Below, in pieces: positions 23,781-35,600 of a stretch of 64,000 nucleotides of DNA. The stretch is taken from NCBI GenBank assembly GCA_003971905.1, contig RSEE01000037.1, forward strand, positions 310,001 to 374,000, in the 5' to 3' direction. The notes under the pieces are model-generated. The model did no database searches and had not been told where the DNA came from. It saw only the letters and a program-made list of their open reading frames with translations. Source of the stretch: Moniliella sp. 'wahieum'. Taxonomy: Eukaryota. How positions within the stretch are numbered: the first letter of the stretch is position 1; every line of letters starts with the position of its first letter. The position numbers were made by a program, and so were the translations under genes.

Positions 23781-25706
23781 TTACGGAAACGGAGGTGGGA
23801 TGGGAGGACAGGGAGCTGTGTCGCCATCGTCGAGCGGAATCCGAGCAACCGAGTCCAGCAGCACATCCAACGCAGCAAAGTTCTCGTCGTTTCGAGCAAA
23901 GCGAACATGCCGGCGTGAGCCAACATGTTCCTCGAGATCATCAAACTTGGTTCGGCAGTTTTCGCAGTACCCGGCTTCTGTCTCGTGCTCGTTTGCGCGG
24001 AGTCGGCGGCGGCTGGGGTCCCATGGCACGTTGGGCCATGAACGCACGCACGGCCGTTGGGTGTTTGGTTGCCCATAGGGAAGGGACGAGCGGCCGTTGT
24101 GAAGGGCCGCCATTTGTGGGTCGAGCAGACAAGTGCTGGTGCTCTTGTCGCGCCCGGCACTGCCAGGCTCACCGACAACGGTCGAGGTCGATCGCATTTG
24201 GTTCAGCGGGATCGAAAGCTGGGAAGCCGATCGTTCCGTCAAGGCTGTAAACCCGTACTAAACCCTGAAGGGGGCGCGAGCATGCCAGGCGGGTCCTCGG
24301 CTAGGGGTGTAGGCGATCGTGTCGATGCCGGTCCTACCATGCCAGCAGGGGTGGCCATGCTAGCCGGAGGTGCAGCTGCACTGTTGGGATCCAGGGGGTC
24401 CAAGGAGAGGTACGACGAAAGCGAGCCGCGAGGACCAAAACGGGCCATGGTGTCAGGTGCCGGTCGGTAGTCATACTCGTCCAGTACGACCTCAGCGACT
24501 GAGTCGCATTGGCAGAGGGCGTTGTATGCCTACGCGAGGTGGACGGGGCGGAGAAGGGGCAGCGACCTTCGCCATCGTTGTAAAGTACCGGCCAGGGCGG
24601 AAGTTCGTCGGGCTCTTTGGGATACTGGAAGACCTCCATGTAAATTGGACGGTGGGTCTGGGTAGCATCCTCAACCAAAAGGTACGCGTAGCCAGGGCTA
24701 CTGAGGGGCGCATACGTTCCCGCCAATAGGTACTGGCCAGACTTGGCATCATAGCGGTACTCGTACCCGTGCGAATGGGTTACTGAGCCCGGAATGGGTG
24801 TGGCGGCGACCATGTTGTACTCGGCCCGGTTGGTATTGGGTGAGACAGAGGGGGGGCGGCAGACGTGGCTCCTGTACCTCCACCTATCGCTCGCAGCCAA
24901 CAGAGTGCGTAGGTCTTGCAGACCATTGCCCGCAGCACGGAGATTGTGGCTACTGGTCTTGCGGGTGGCACTGCGCGTGGCTGTTGCGTGGTGGTGACGG
25001 TGGCTGCGCTACGGGGGCAAGCGAGGTGGCAGGGGGGGGGGCGTAGTCGTGGGCTGCACCATTGACATCAAGATGCTAATGATCCGGATGAGCTCTGAAG
25101 CCATCAGAAAAAGCAAGGTCAGCCAGCAGTCATATGGGCCGCGTCAGATCACCGGTGGTCAAGCATATGGGGCCGAGGGGGCTACGTACTCTCGCGTGTC
25201 CATACTCGCACGCCCATCCGGCTGGCCTGGGCGACCACTTCGGCTGTGGTGGCGTCCTTGGACTGATGATCACTGGCGTCGTTGGTAGGCATGGTCGGGG
25301 TACGAGCACGATTGGGGTCAACGTGAGTGAGGGTGGGAGTTCGGGTACTTCGGGGGGAGGGGAAGGAAGGGGAGGGAACGGGGCGGGCTGGTGTGGCAAC
25401 GGCACTGGCAGATGGCACGATGAGATGGGTTGCACGGGCTGGCCAAGACAGGCTCAACGTGGGAGTGGAGGGCAGCAATATGGCCGGTGAGGCGGACTTG
25501 ATCGTCAGCTGACAACAGCCCGGTAGTATTAGAAGTAGTAGGAAGGCAAGACGTGGCGGTAGTGGGCGCGGTATGAGTCGACGGCGGCGTGGTGCTGCTG
25601 GGCACTGGCGGCGGGTTCAGGGCCGGTGGCCGACGCAGCAGCGGAGGCAGAGGCTGGGAGCAGCAGCGGCGGGGGAGATGCTGGTGGCGGCGGCGAGGGG
25701 CGGCAT
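23781..25706 (-). CDS. DBF4: Dbf4/Dfp1/Him1-like Cdc7 kinase regulatory subunit
   Basis: C-terminal zf-DBF (GYCENCRTKFDDLEEHVGSRRHVRFA), motif M (YLLVEDATQTHRPIY..WPVLY) and a BRCT-like motif N (YRHVLPSYYF..IAALHSHVEP..ATHLIV). The start codon is tentative. Confidence 0.9.
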
Positions 25707-26913
25707 GGCGGAGGGCCAGGCGAGGGCGAGGGCGGCGGGGTGGGGAGCACACGCGCAGCAGGCTCACGCTCGTCCGCGCGCCCGCTGGGGACACGATGTG
25801 GGCTGGGCGCGAAGGGGGGATGGGGAGCGGGTGGGAGCGGGGGGGATGGGGCGGGGGGCGGAGACGCAGCGGACACGGCGAGGCAGCTGCGGCTGCGCCC
25901 TGGGCCGCGTGCGGCAAGCAGGCATGGGCAGAGCACGGGCACAGCGGCTGCCGTGGCGTGGTGGGCAGCAGATGCAGGGGTGGTGCAGCGGAGGCAGCGC
26001 TGAATGCGCCTCGGCTGCACGGAGCATGCCTGTCTCTGCGCGCCAGCAGCGCCCCGCTTTGTCCCCTGCCTGCGGGTCGTCCTAACGCCTAACGCCTGCC
26101 AGCGGCAACGCCCTCCCGTGCGCTGCGCTTGCGCCGTCTGCCCAGCCGCCCCGGCGCAGCAGCACGCCCCTGCAGCGCCGGCCAACGCCCACCCACCCCT
26201 GCCCACCACCAACACACGCCGCACAGGGGCGCAGTGTCTCACCCCAGTGAGCCCCGCCTGCGCCCACCGTGCCTGGCGCCGCTCCGGTCACCAGGTCACC
26301 CATTTAATAGGTACTGGTTCGTTTCCCCTGCGTCGAACAGACGGCGAACGGTGAACATTCTACCCAAGCGGTTCTGCGGCCATGTGCATGCTTCGCACAC
26401 ACGCCATGCTGTGGGAGCCAGTGGCGTGGCCTGCTCGCGTCTGGCCGGCCGTCAGAGTCAGATCGAATAGACGATCCACATCCAGCGCCAGCGGCTCTTT
26501 AGATGCCACGCCCGTCAGCAGGCGATGGCCACGGCTCTGGGTGGCCAGGGAACTCCGTTGCCCGCCCGCATCTTGCTTGGCTGGCATCGCCCAGCCACCG
26601 AGCCATGGCATGTGCGCCCTTGTGCGCCGCGCAGCCATGCTCCTGCGCTCCTGCGCTCATGCGCTCCTGCAGCTGCAGGCACATGCACCCCTGCGCGCCA
26701 GATTGCGCCAGAGCCCCGCCGAGCTGCTCTGCGGCGGATGAGACTGTCATTTAAGCTTCCGCCCCACAGCGCCACACTTGCCCACCTGCATGACTCGCGT
26801 CACCCATTTCTGCCGATCGCAGGCACTGCACCAGTCCACCTTCTCTCAGGGCTTCACGCCCTCACCCACCGCACTAGTCACTCCATCTGAGGCGAGCGTT
26901 TCATTCAGCAACC

Positions 26914-27021
26914 GACACTTTAGGGCAGTGGTTACCCCGTTCGCCTGCTATACACGAGCACCTTGCTTCAAGGGCCAGCGAATCCTCTCTGAGGGCGTGA
27001 GTTCGAATCTCACAGGTGTCG
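26914..27021 (+). tRNA. tRNA-Ser(GCT) with a 26-nt intron (26951-26976)
   Basis: Acceptor stem GACACTT/AGGTGTC with G73, anticodon stem TTCGC/GCGAA around CT-GCT-A, long variable arm CCTC-TCT-GAGG, T-arm GTGAG-TTCGAAT-CTCAC, and an oligo-T terminator. Confidence 0.92.
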
Positions 27022-28387
27022 TTTCTTTTTGCTTGCGGATGCGCTGACATCGGATTCATGGCCTCGATTCCTCGTTTTGTGTGTGACATCATAACCATCG
27101 CCCCTCCATCGTCGGCATGAATGACCTGAGGCCTGAGGGGCCTGCGAGCACTTCCACCAACTAACCACAGCGGTAGTAGCCAGCATCCTAAGTTCCTTGT
27201 CATCAACCCTGTGCAGTGGCCATCCTATGAGACCAATGCTGTGATGCGCCTGTTGTGGTGCATTATCTTCGCGGACGCTAGATCCCATCGGCGCTCCTGA
27301 GAACATACTAAGCCGGCAACTCACCTCTCACTTCGTACTTATCGCTTCTGCTTCGACCGTATCGACGTTGGAAGGGGCCTATGCCCGCTCGCCTTGCGCA
27401 GTCGTCTCGATACCCTGTGTAGGAGGGAGATTGCTTCGGATGCCGACAGGTATTCATTCAGGCTGCATGGAATGGCGCCTTATATACCAGAGGAGAAGGA
27501 GAAGCTATCACACGGTAGACCACGCGTGATGAGGGGAAAGAGACACAAAGGGGGCAAGGAAGATCTAGAACAAGGATCATACCCACATCCTGTGGGAATG
27601 TGTGTGTGATCCGTCACCCTGCCAGAAATCTCTTACGCCTTTTGTGGCCTCCGTCGAGAATGCAGTCGACAGTGTTCAAACCCCGGGGGAGCACTGCTTT
27701 TGGAAGCCGTCTGGACTACACTACAGCAAGCCCATCACATCACTCACTGCACATGTATCTGACGCAGCTTTTCCCCACTGTTGGACGTCTTGCACATTAT
27801 CTGTTCGGACACCGCACACACCCGAACACCTCGGCGTACCTCCAATACTTCCTTGCCATCAGTGGATGTTTCCTGCTCTAGCAGTTTTCATTGGGCGAGT
27901 CGCCTCCTGTGTCGGACACGCACTAGCCACTTGGCTCACACCCCTTCTTCCACGCTCGAGCTTTGCCAGCCCTGATGTTCAAAACACCCAAGTCAGCGGT
28001 ACCAGTACTGGATTCCGAAGTGCCGGATCAGAACCATGTTCTGTTTAGACGTTTAGACCAGATTCGAACGAAAGAGTGGGAGTCGGTTGGCTGAGCTTGG
28101 CTATGTAAGTACCCTCCTAGCAGTTCCAGCATGGCTGATATGTGCCTGGCCTGTACGTGGATTCTTCTAGCATCCAGCCTCGTGAAAGGAAGGGTGGGGA
28201 TGGGGATGCATGGTGCATTCTTTTCAGTGGTCATATAGCAACAAGAGGGCTGCAGCATAGAGAGGAGCCTCGTTCCACCCATGCCGACCATTCGGGGCCT
28301 CCCCGGCAAAGTGCGAGTCAGAGGAATGAATGCCCTGAGCAGTTGACAACAAAAATACACGAGACAACAAAGGAGTCCCTCGAGCAC

Positions 28388-28764
28388 TTAGAACGACAGC
28401 GCAGCACCCTTCTGCTTCTTGTCACCGCCAAGCTCGAAGTGCTTGCAGCGCTTCAGAGCGACGTGCGAGCGGTACTTGCACGCAGAGCACTCGAGGCGCA
28501 GCACAACCTTCTTGGTCGTCTTGGCCTTCTTGTGGAAGACGGGCTTGGTCTGACCACCGTAACCCTTCTGCTTCCGGTCGTAACGACGCTTACCCTGGGC
28601 GTAAAGCGAGGCCTTGCCCGTCTTGTACTGGGTCACCTTGTGGGGGCTGGTCGGTCCAGATAATTAGTCTCCAACCACATCACGTCAGGTCGATATACTC
28701 ACGTGTGCTTCTTGCAGTCCTTACCCTTGCAGTAGGTGCGGCGAGTCTTGGGAACGTTGACCAT
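28388..28764 (-). CDS. RPL42: 60S ribosomal protein eL42 (L42/L44/L36a); coding intron 28702-28647 and 5'UTR intron 28947-28775
   Basis: The spliced product [71 protein letters not shown] is in frame. Both introns have GTGAGT donors and CTAAY branch points. Confidence 0.98.
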
Positions 28765-29280
28765 CTCGCAAAACCTACAAACAGGGGCAGCTCAGTTAGT
28801 ACATGTACCGCTCCATCCAGTGCCACTTCGGAATAGTCAACGCGATACGCCAGAGCATGCAAAACCCCGCTTCCAAATCGTGGTTGCATTTGCAGATAGC
28901 GGGTGTTCCCGTCCTCCATGCGCATAGGGCTCAGGGTCAAGACTCACCTCGTTGACGATGGGTCAGAAGCTTAGCCCGCCGGGGTGGCAGGCCACGACCT
29001 GCCCGACAGACTGAGAGACGTTGGGCGGTCAGGCGACAGGGTTAGCTACACTGTCCTACTGTTAGGGAAATTAATAAATGGAGCGGCACAGGGCTGCCCA
29101 GAGGGCGCAATTAAATCTACTGGGACCTCTGTCCGGACCTCATCACATGTCACATTTCATCACATCGGTCGGGGGCGGAGCGGAATGTGTGGTTCCCCCA
29201 ACTTGCGAGTGGACACCGACTGCCCTACCTGCCCGGCGGTCTGGTTAAAAGTTGTAAAAGTTGATGGAGATGAACGTGAC

Positions 29281-29302
29281 GAACGTTGAACGTTGAACGT
29301 TG
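29281..29302. repeat. Tandem array (AACGTT-G)x3 about 45 nt upstream of the kinase ATG
   Basis: gAACGTTgAACGTTgAACGTTg is visible. Confidence 0.9.
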
Positions 29303-29347
29303 CAGGGCAAGTGCTGCCGCCGGCCACCACCACCACCACTGCTCCCC

Positions 29348-31200
29348 ATGTCGTCTCCGGCAAAGCGGGCCCCGACGCCACCCGCCGACGGCCCCTCGCC
29401 CAAGCGTCTTCGCGAGATCTCTCCTGCCCCTCCCCACGATTCCGCCCCGGGTCCCTCGCCGAACGCATCCACTCAGTCCGCCCATCCCAACTCTGCCGCC
29501 CTTGCCCCCTCCAGTGTCTCCTCGCCCCTCCAGTCTCCTCTCCCGCCGACCGCCATCCATGGCCTGGATACGCTCCTGAACTGGCTAAGGAATGGGCCGA
29601 AAAGCCATGGTCTCATTCTGCCTGTCCCGGGGCGGATGTTTCCGACCGTGCTGCTGTCGATGCCGAGATTGCTCTGCGTCGCCAGAAGCGAGAAGCAGCT
29701 TTGGCCTGGCGCCAGCGGCGTAAGGCCGATGCAGCAGCTGCCGGACTCGATCCCCCGACAGTCCCTGTGGAAGGATGCAGCTCTCTGGCTCACTACGACT
29801 TGTCCGACACGCTTGGCGAGGGTACGTTCGGGGTTGTGGTGCGGGCCGGCACCGCGTCACGGGCCAGGCAGTGGCGCTCAAAAAGCTTACTGTGCACGAC
29901 GCCAAGGACGGGCTTGCACTTACTCGGTGCGGGAGATCAAGTTTCTCAAGTGCCTGCGGCATCCTTCCATCGTGCCCATTGTCGACATGGTGTATGCTCC
30001 CCGGCCTGCTTCCGCCATTACCAGCCAAGCGGCCAAGGACGATACGGGTGAGATCTACATGGTAGAGCCCTACATGGACCATGATTTGGCCGGGCTCCTG
30101 GCGCCGTGAGCTTTTCTGTGCCACAGATCAAGCTCTATATCAAACAGTTTCTCGAGGGTGTTGCGTTCCTTCACTCGAACGCGATTGTCCATCGAGACAT
30201 CAAGAGTGCCAACTTGCTCATCAGCAATACTGGCCACCTTCAAATCGCCGATTTTGGCTTGGCGCGTGCGCTGCACAACCCTGCGTTTGTGGGCCAGGAT
30301 CGGGTGGAATATACGGGCACTGTCGTCACTCGCTGGTACCGCCCTCCTGAGCTGTTGGCAGGAGATCGTTTTTATGGGCCCGAGGTGGACCTGTGGGGAG
30401 TGGGCTGTATCTTAGCGGAAATGTTTTGCGCCGCCCCTTGTTTACGGGCAACACCGAGATAAACCAACTCGAGGTCATTGCCCATCTCTGTGGTTCGCCC
30501 AACGAACACTCGATTCCAGGCTGGAATGCGTTGCCCGGTGTGCGCAATGCGGACGCAACAGGGCGGATCGAGGATGCGGACCTACCGGGCGGCCAACTTG
30601 ACTTTGGTTCGCACCCACGCATTCTTCGCCGCTGGCTCACGTTTGATGGACCAGTTCAGATTCCTGCCCAAGCGGCCGATTTGATCGATGGGCTCTTGCA
30701 GCTCAACCCGGCGTTGCGTACCCCCGCCAGCCAAGCGCTGGATCATGACTGGCTTTGGTCTATCCCCTTCCCGCTGAGCCAGCTTCCCTACCGCAGTACC
30801 CAAGCAAAAAGGAACTTGACCGCAAACGGCTTGCTGCCCGCCCCGTGCCCATCCCACAGCCCATCCTTCCGCCCGTTCAACCAGCCCCATCCCGCTTCGG
30901 TCCCCCCGGACCCGTCAATGCTGCACGGCAACGTTCTTCTTTGCCCCCCAACCCCAACTTGCCCCCAGACCGAACGTCGGTGCACCTACCTACCCTCCTC
31001 CTCGCCGGCCAGGCCCGAGCAACTTTCACTATTCTCATTCCGCTCTGGAAACTTGGCTTACCCTGTAATATCCAGGTGTAGACCCTCATTTCGACCACCG
31101 TCGTTGGGGTGCGAGGCAGACCGATGGCCCTGGCTGATGAAGGTGAAGGTGAAAGCCAGGTGGACGAGGGAGGGGTTACCAAATCATATGTGTGAAGAGT
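29348..31200 (+). CDS. BUR1: Bur1/Sgv1/Cdk9-type cyclin-dependent kinase
   Basis: Motifs LGEGTFGVV, VALKK, PYMDHDLAGLL, HRDIKSANLLI, IADFGLAR, YTGTVVTRWYRPPELL and VDLWGVGCI. The 3' end is uncertain (possible final intron ending at CAG ~31075). Confidence 0.88.
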
Positions 31201-32080
31201 TAATGCACGGATGGACGCGACCAAGCCGACGCCGTATCGCCTTGGGCGCTCTTGTGGACCGGCCCGATGGACCCCTGCACCGGGTGGAACCCAGGGCGTC
31301 TCGATCTTCGGCCTTGTTGTCGTCCTGGTACGCAAGATGGGTTGATGCCGTGCCAGTGTGGATCGCGCCTCCGTGTTGAGGTCCTCGTCTCTTAGGTAGT
31401 TCACTCGCTGTAATGCTAACCCCGTCTGGTCATGAGTGCAGCCGCCGCCTGGGCAGTTGGTTGCAGCTGGGTGGAGAGAGGGAAACAAAGCTGCGGGCAC
31501 CCAGCACTGCGCTGCTGGTATCGCGCCGTGGTGTCCTGGCCGCGGAACTCTGGGTCGGGCTCAGATGGTGCGGTGCGTTCGGTGGCGCTGTTGCTCCCAG
31601 CTCCATACCTGTACTTGGCCATGGCGCAAGGTAACATCGCACGAGGGATGGTGCCTGATTGACGGGGCCATACTAAAAGCTCACCTTAGTGCGCGCGGCG
31701 TTGGTTTGCTCGTCGGGACCACACAGGGTCGTTGGGAACAAGTGTCACACGGAATGTGCACCTCACCCCATCTTCCGCCCTTCCAACAGACCCGGCAAAA
31801 CCCAGAGCTATCGCTCTTCTGGTCTCCTTCGCGGCCCCTAGCTCGGCTGAACCGGGCTTCAGGGTGCCGAGGTGCCATCTGAACCAGGCCCATTGGACCA
31901 TCGCACTTGTTCTTTCCAAGAGGGGACCAGCGGTGCGTCACCTTCTTGTTCTATGGACTGCACACCGAGGGGGGGAGTACACTTGATCCCATCGCCATGT
32001 ACAGGGGTGGAAACCAGACGAGCAAAATTCATGATACCCCAGATGCGCAAGCACGCGGGCGAGGGGCAGGGCACAACATA

Positions 32081-32178
32081 AGAATGAGAATGGGAATGGG
32101 CATGGGCATGGGCGTGGGCATGGGCATGGAAATGGGAACGGGAATGAGAATGGGGATTGGAATGAAAAGGGGAATGGA
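32081..32178. repeat. Degenerate hexamer microsatellite (ATGGGC/ATGGGA/ATGAGA)n
   Basis: About 15 tandem ATGxxx units; they explain the MGMGMG and HAHAHS pseudo-ORFs. Confidence 0.8.
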
Positions 32179-32626
32179 ACAGGTACAGACAAATGCCCCT
32201 CCCTACGGGCAAGAAGGGGATCAGCGTTCGGGTCGAGTGGCCGAGGGCAACGGCGATGGCGACGGCGCCACATAGTCCCACGATCCGCCTTCGAGAGGGG
32301 GGGACGTCTGGTTGTGCGTGCTGGAAGAGGGAAGGGGGATGGGGCGGGGGCGAGCAGGGCTCGCATCGAGTGCATCGGGCGCATCGGGCGCATCGGGCGC
32401 AGGGAGGCAGGATGAGGCGAGCATGAGCTAGTGGGATGGGCAATCGGCTCCGGCTCCGGCTCTGCCGCGTCCAAGTTGGATGGGGGCAAGGGTACCGGCA
32501 GCATGGCGGTGGTAGGGGTGCCGGTACCGGTGCCGGTGGCAAGGCAGAGTCGGCAGTGGGGACGGGGAGAGAGAGGAGAGGAGAAGGAGAAGGAGGAAAC
32601 GGAATGGCCACTTATGGCCATTGTGC

Positions 32627-35600
32627 TCACTCCATGTTGGATCCCTGGCTCACCTTCCCCGTTTGCTGGCCCAGCAGTTCCTCCGGAGGCCAGGACCCTA
32701 TAACGGAGTCCTCAGCTTCGGCCTCCTCCACAGGAAGGCGCGGTGGCTCCGGGATCAAATAATCAAAGCTCGACGCATACGCTGGGCGCTGCACCAGAAC
32801 CGGCTCGGTACTGTCGGGTTCAAACAGCGGTTCTGCGTCCGACGGCGCCGGCACATGCCAGTAGCCATCGGGTTGGCGTGCCGGCGTGGGCGAGGGAGGC
32901 GAGGACAAAACGGAGGAGACGGTAGAGGGGGACGGAAGGAGGTGAACGTGCGGGAGACTGGGTCGAGGTGGGGAATAAGACCTGAGGGGAAGAAGCAAGT
33001 TCCTGACCCGTGGCGGGAAGGGGGCCGGGCGAGCAGGAGCACTGTTCAACGACGAGGATCAAACGAGTGGGCCTGCCTGCGCTGTCGCGTTGGCAGGTCG
33101 ACTGCGTCACAAGGACTGGCGTTCGACACGCGCGAGAGGAGAGGAGGCAGCATCAGGGGAAGGCTTGCCACGCAAGGGAACTGCCCGTCGGCTTCGTGGC
33201 GTCGCCGCAGCGGCTCGGGCTGCCACAGCAGTAGCGTCCATAGCTGACGGTGAAGTCTGCAACGCCATGGGGTGAATGGGCGAAGAAGGGGTGCCGAACG
33301 GTGCGGTTTCGGCCGCATACGCTTCATACTCTTCAGTTGGTGCCGATATCCGTCCACTTCGGTCGAAGCGGCTGGCGCAGAAGGGCGGACGATCTCCGAT
33401 CCTGACCTGGCATGGGCATCACGGGGGATAATCTTTTCCCCTGATGAGGCAGGGGACGCTGGAGGAGGTAAAGATACCTTACGCGGAAGGGGAGCGGTCC
33501 CTGAGAGTCCGTGACAAGATGGGAAGGAGCAGTCATTGGAATTTCAGGGCAAGCAACCAAAACCCTCAGCTTCGGTTCGTCGTCACTTCACTCTCCCCCT
33601 CACGTTGCGCCACGGTGCGAGGAGCTGCACAAATGGTTTGCTCCGTCGTCGAGCGTGGCGTCTTCCGCCGTGCTTGCTCTGCCCCGCTTCATGGCCACAG
33701 TAAGGTGCGCCCCAAGGCTACCCTCGTCCTCGTCCTCCTCCTCGCAGCGGCGTCCAAATCACTCGAGTCGGACAGGGACTGCACCCCATCGTCTTCGGCC
33801 CAGGGCGAAAGCGACTGCTGATCTGAAACTGGAGGTTGGTGGTGGATGAGAGTTGATAGAAAGGAGGGGCTTGGGCACGCTGCAAGCCGGAGAACGAGGT
33901 GTCCCACTCGGCCCGGGAACGAACAACAAAGCCGAGCAACATACTCGGGTCCATCATCTTGAGCGGATCCGATGCACTTTGGTACCATGGTAACTATCCA
34001 GCTGGGCCGGCGTGTAGGCCGTACACAACACAGCTCTATCCCCATCTCCCGGGCGGAAGGGCACGGCGGGTCGAACATGGGCGGGTCAAGGTAGAGGAGC
34101 GAGTCATTGCTGCTGTCCAGTCCCACAAAAAGTAGTATGATGACGAAGGTTTCCCCCGGCGATCCTACGCTTTGGGGGAAGGTAAATGTGGCCTAGATGC
34201 AAGACAGGGTCAGTACCCGACCATCTCCATCTCGGTGGTGGGCGGAGGGGGGGGGAGGGGGACGTACTTTGATATCATCGTAGTACGACTCGTGTACCTT
34301 TTCCAGTCCAAATCTCATACCCGCCAAGATAAGCACGGCGCGACAAAACGGTTCTGGCACCGACTCGGACGCGGGCCTGTTGTGCGCCGGCCCCGGACGG
34401 TACAGGGGTTGGGGACAGCATAGGGGTCGTGTCCCGGAACGGGCCAGACGGGCGCAGTGCCAGCCGTGATGACTTGATGGGCATGCACGGTACTGTCATG
34501 GGCGAGCACCACAGCCAAGGGCGGCAAACCCTCGTCTCCTGGGGGCACAAGGTACGGGTGCGGCTCGGCAACGCACCGCAGAATGGCTCCGGCCGCTGTC
34601 GAAGGGCCAAACCATTCTCCGGGCGATTTGCCCAGCAAAACACCTTGTTGAGCAAACCGATGCACCGAAAACGGCACTCGTCCCGACGGGCTGTCGAGGA
34701 ACGAAGCCAAGATGCGCACGTAGGCAGCATATGTTTCCGCCCCTTGGTCCTCCACCGCTGGTGGCCGCATCGGACGACGCCAGTCCCGACCCAACGCAAC
34801 GGTTAGCAAGGTATTGGCCAAGAGAGACTGGCCTGTGCGCAACATGCATCCCCATCCGGCATCCGTAGTGATCCCTCCGCGCGCCAAGCCCGCCGACTGG
34901 GCCGCCGCCACGCACGCGACCACAGGCCTGCTACAGGCGCCCCCACCGGTCGGCCCAGCCGCCGTTGGCGGGTTCTTCCGTTTCCTCCGGTGGTGCCCCC
35001 GATGAAGCCTCCCCGCACGCGGGTCCACTTCCGCCGCTGCACTGGCCGCCTCGCTGATCTGCCCATCTCGGGCAATGGGAGGAAAATGGTTTCGATAGGA
35101 ACACCAGATTCGGGAGGTGAAGTCGCGTTGCAAATCGGCCTTCCAAGTGGTCGACGCCTGGGCGGGCGGCGGGGTATATCCATTGGTGGGTCCGGTCTGG
35201 GCCAGGGCAGGCTGCGCGAGCAAAAGGTGCTCCGAGTCGGCCGTTTTGGTCGGTACTAATATCATCCCGTGGCGGATCCCATCGTGTTGGCAAGGGGTGG
35301 ACTCCGGGGGGGCCATGCCACACACCCATCAGCCATACGCCTTGCTGTGCCTGCGGGCTTCCCTCGACCATGGGTACACTGGCGGTGCTGGGTCCCCATC
35401 CTGAAGGAGCGACAAAGACTGGTCATCCTCACCCGCTGGGGGGACCGGGCAGCTGGCTGGGTTGTTGACTGGGTTGCTGATCGAGCTGCTGGTGGGGCAG
35501 CCACGCGTCTCCCGTCCCCTGCACAGGGGACGAGGGGGCAGAGCGAGAAGCAGAATCTCTCAGCCTCAAGGCAGTAAGATGGGACAGGATGCCATCCGGG

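Noticed and set aside
27050..28330. hAT transposase relic or U2 snRNA (ATCGCTTCT at 27341)
   Set aside because: The SWWK and FPALA fragments are on opposite strands, and the U2-like match stops after 9 nt with no branch-pairing or Sm site. The region is left unannotated.
31200..32060. Possible small spliced minus-strand gene between BUR1 and ATG4
   Set aside because: There are some splice-like signals and protein-like fragments, but no consistent exon chain or homology could be established.
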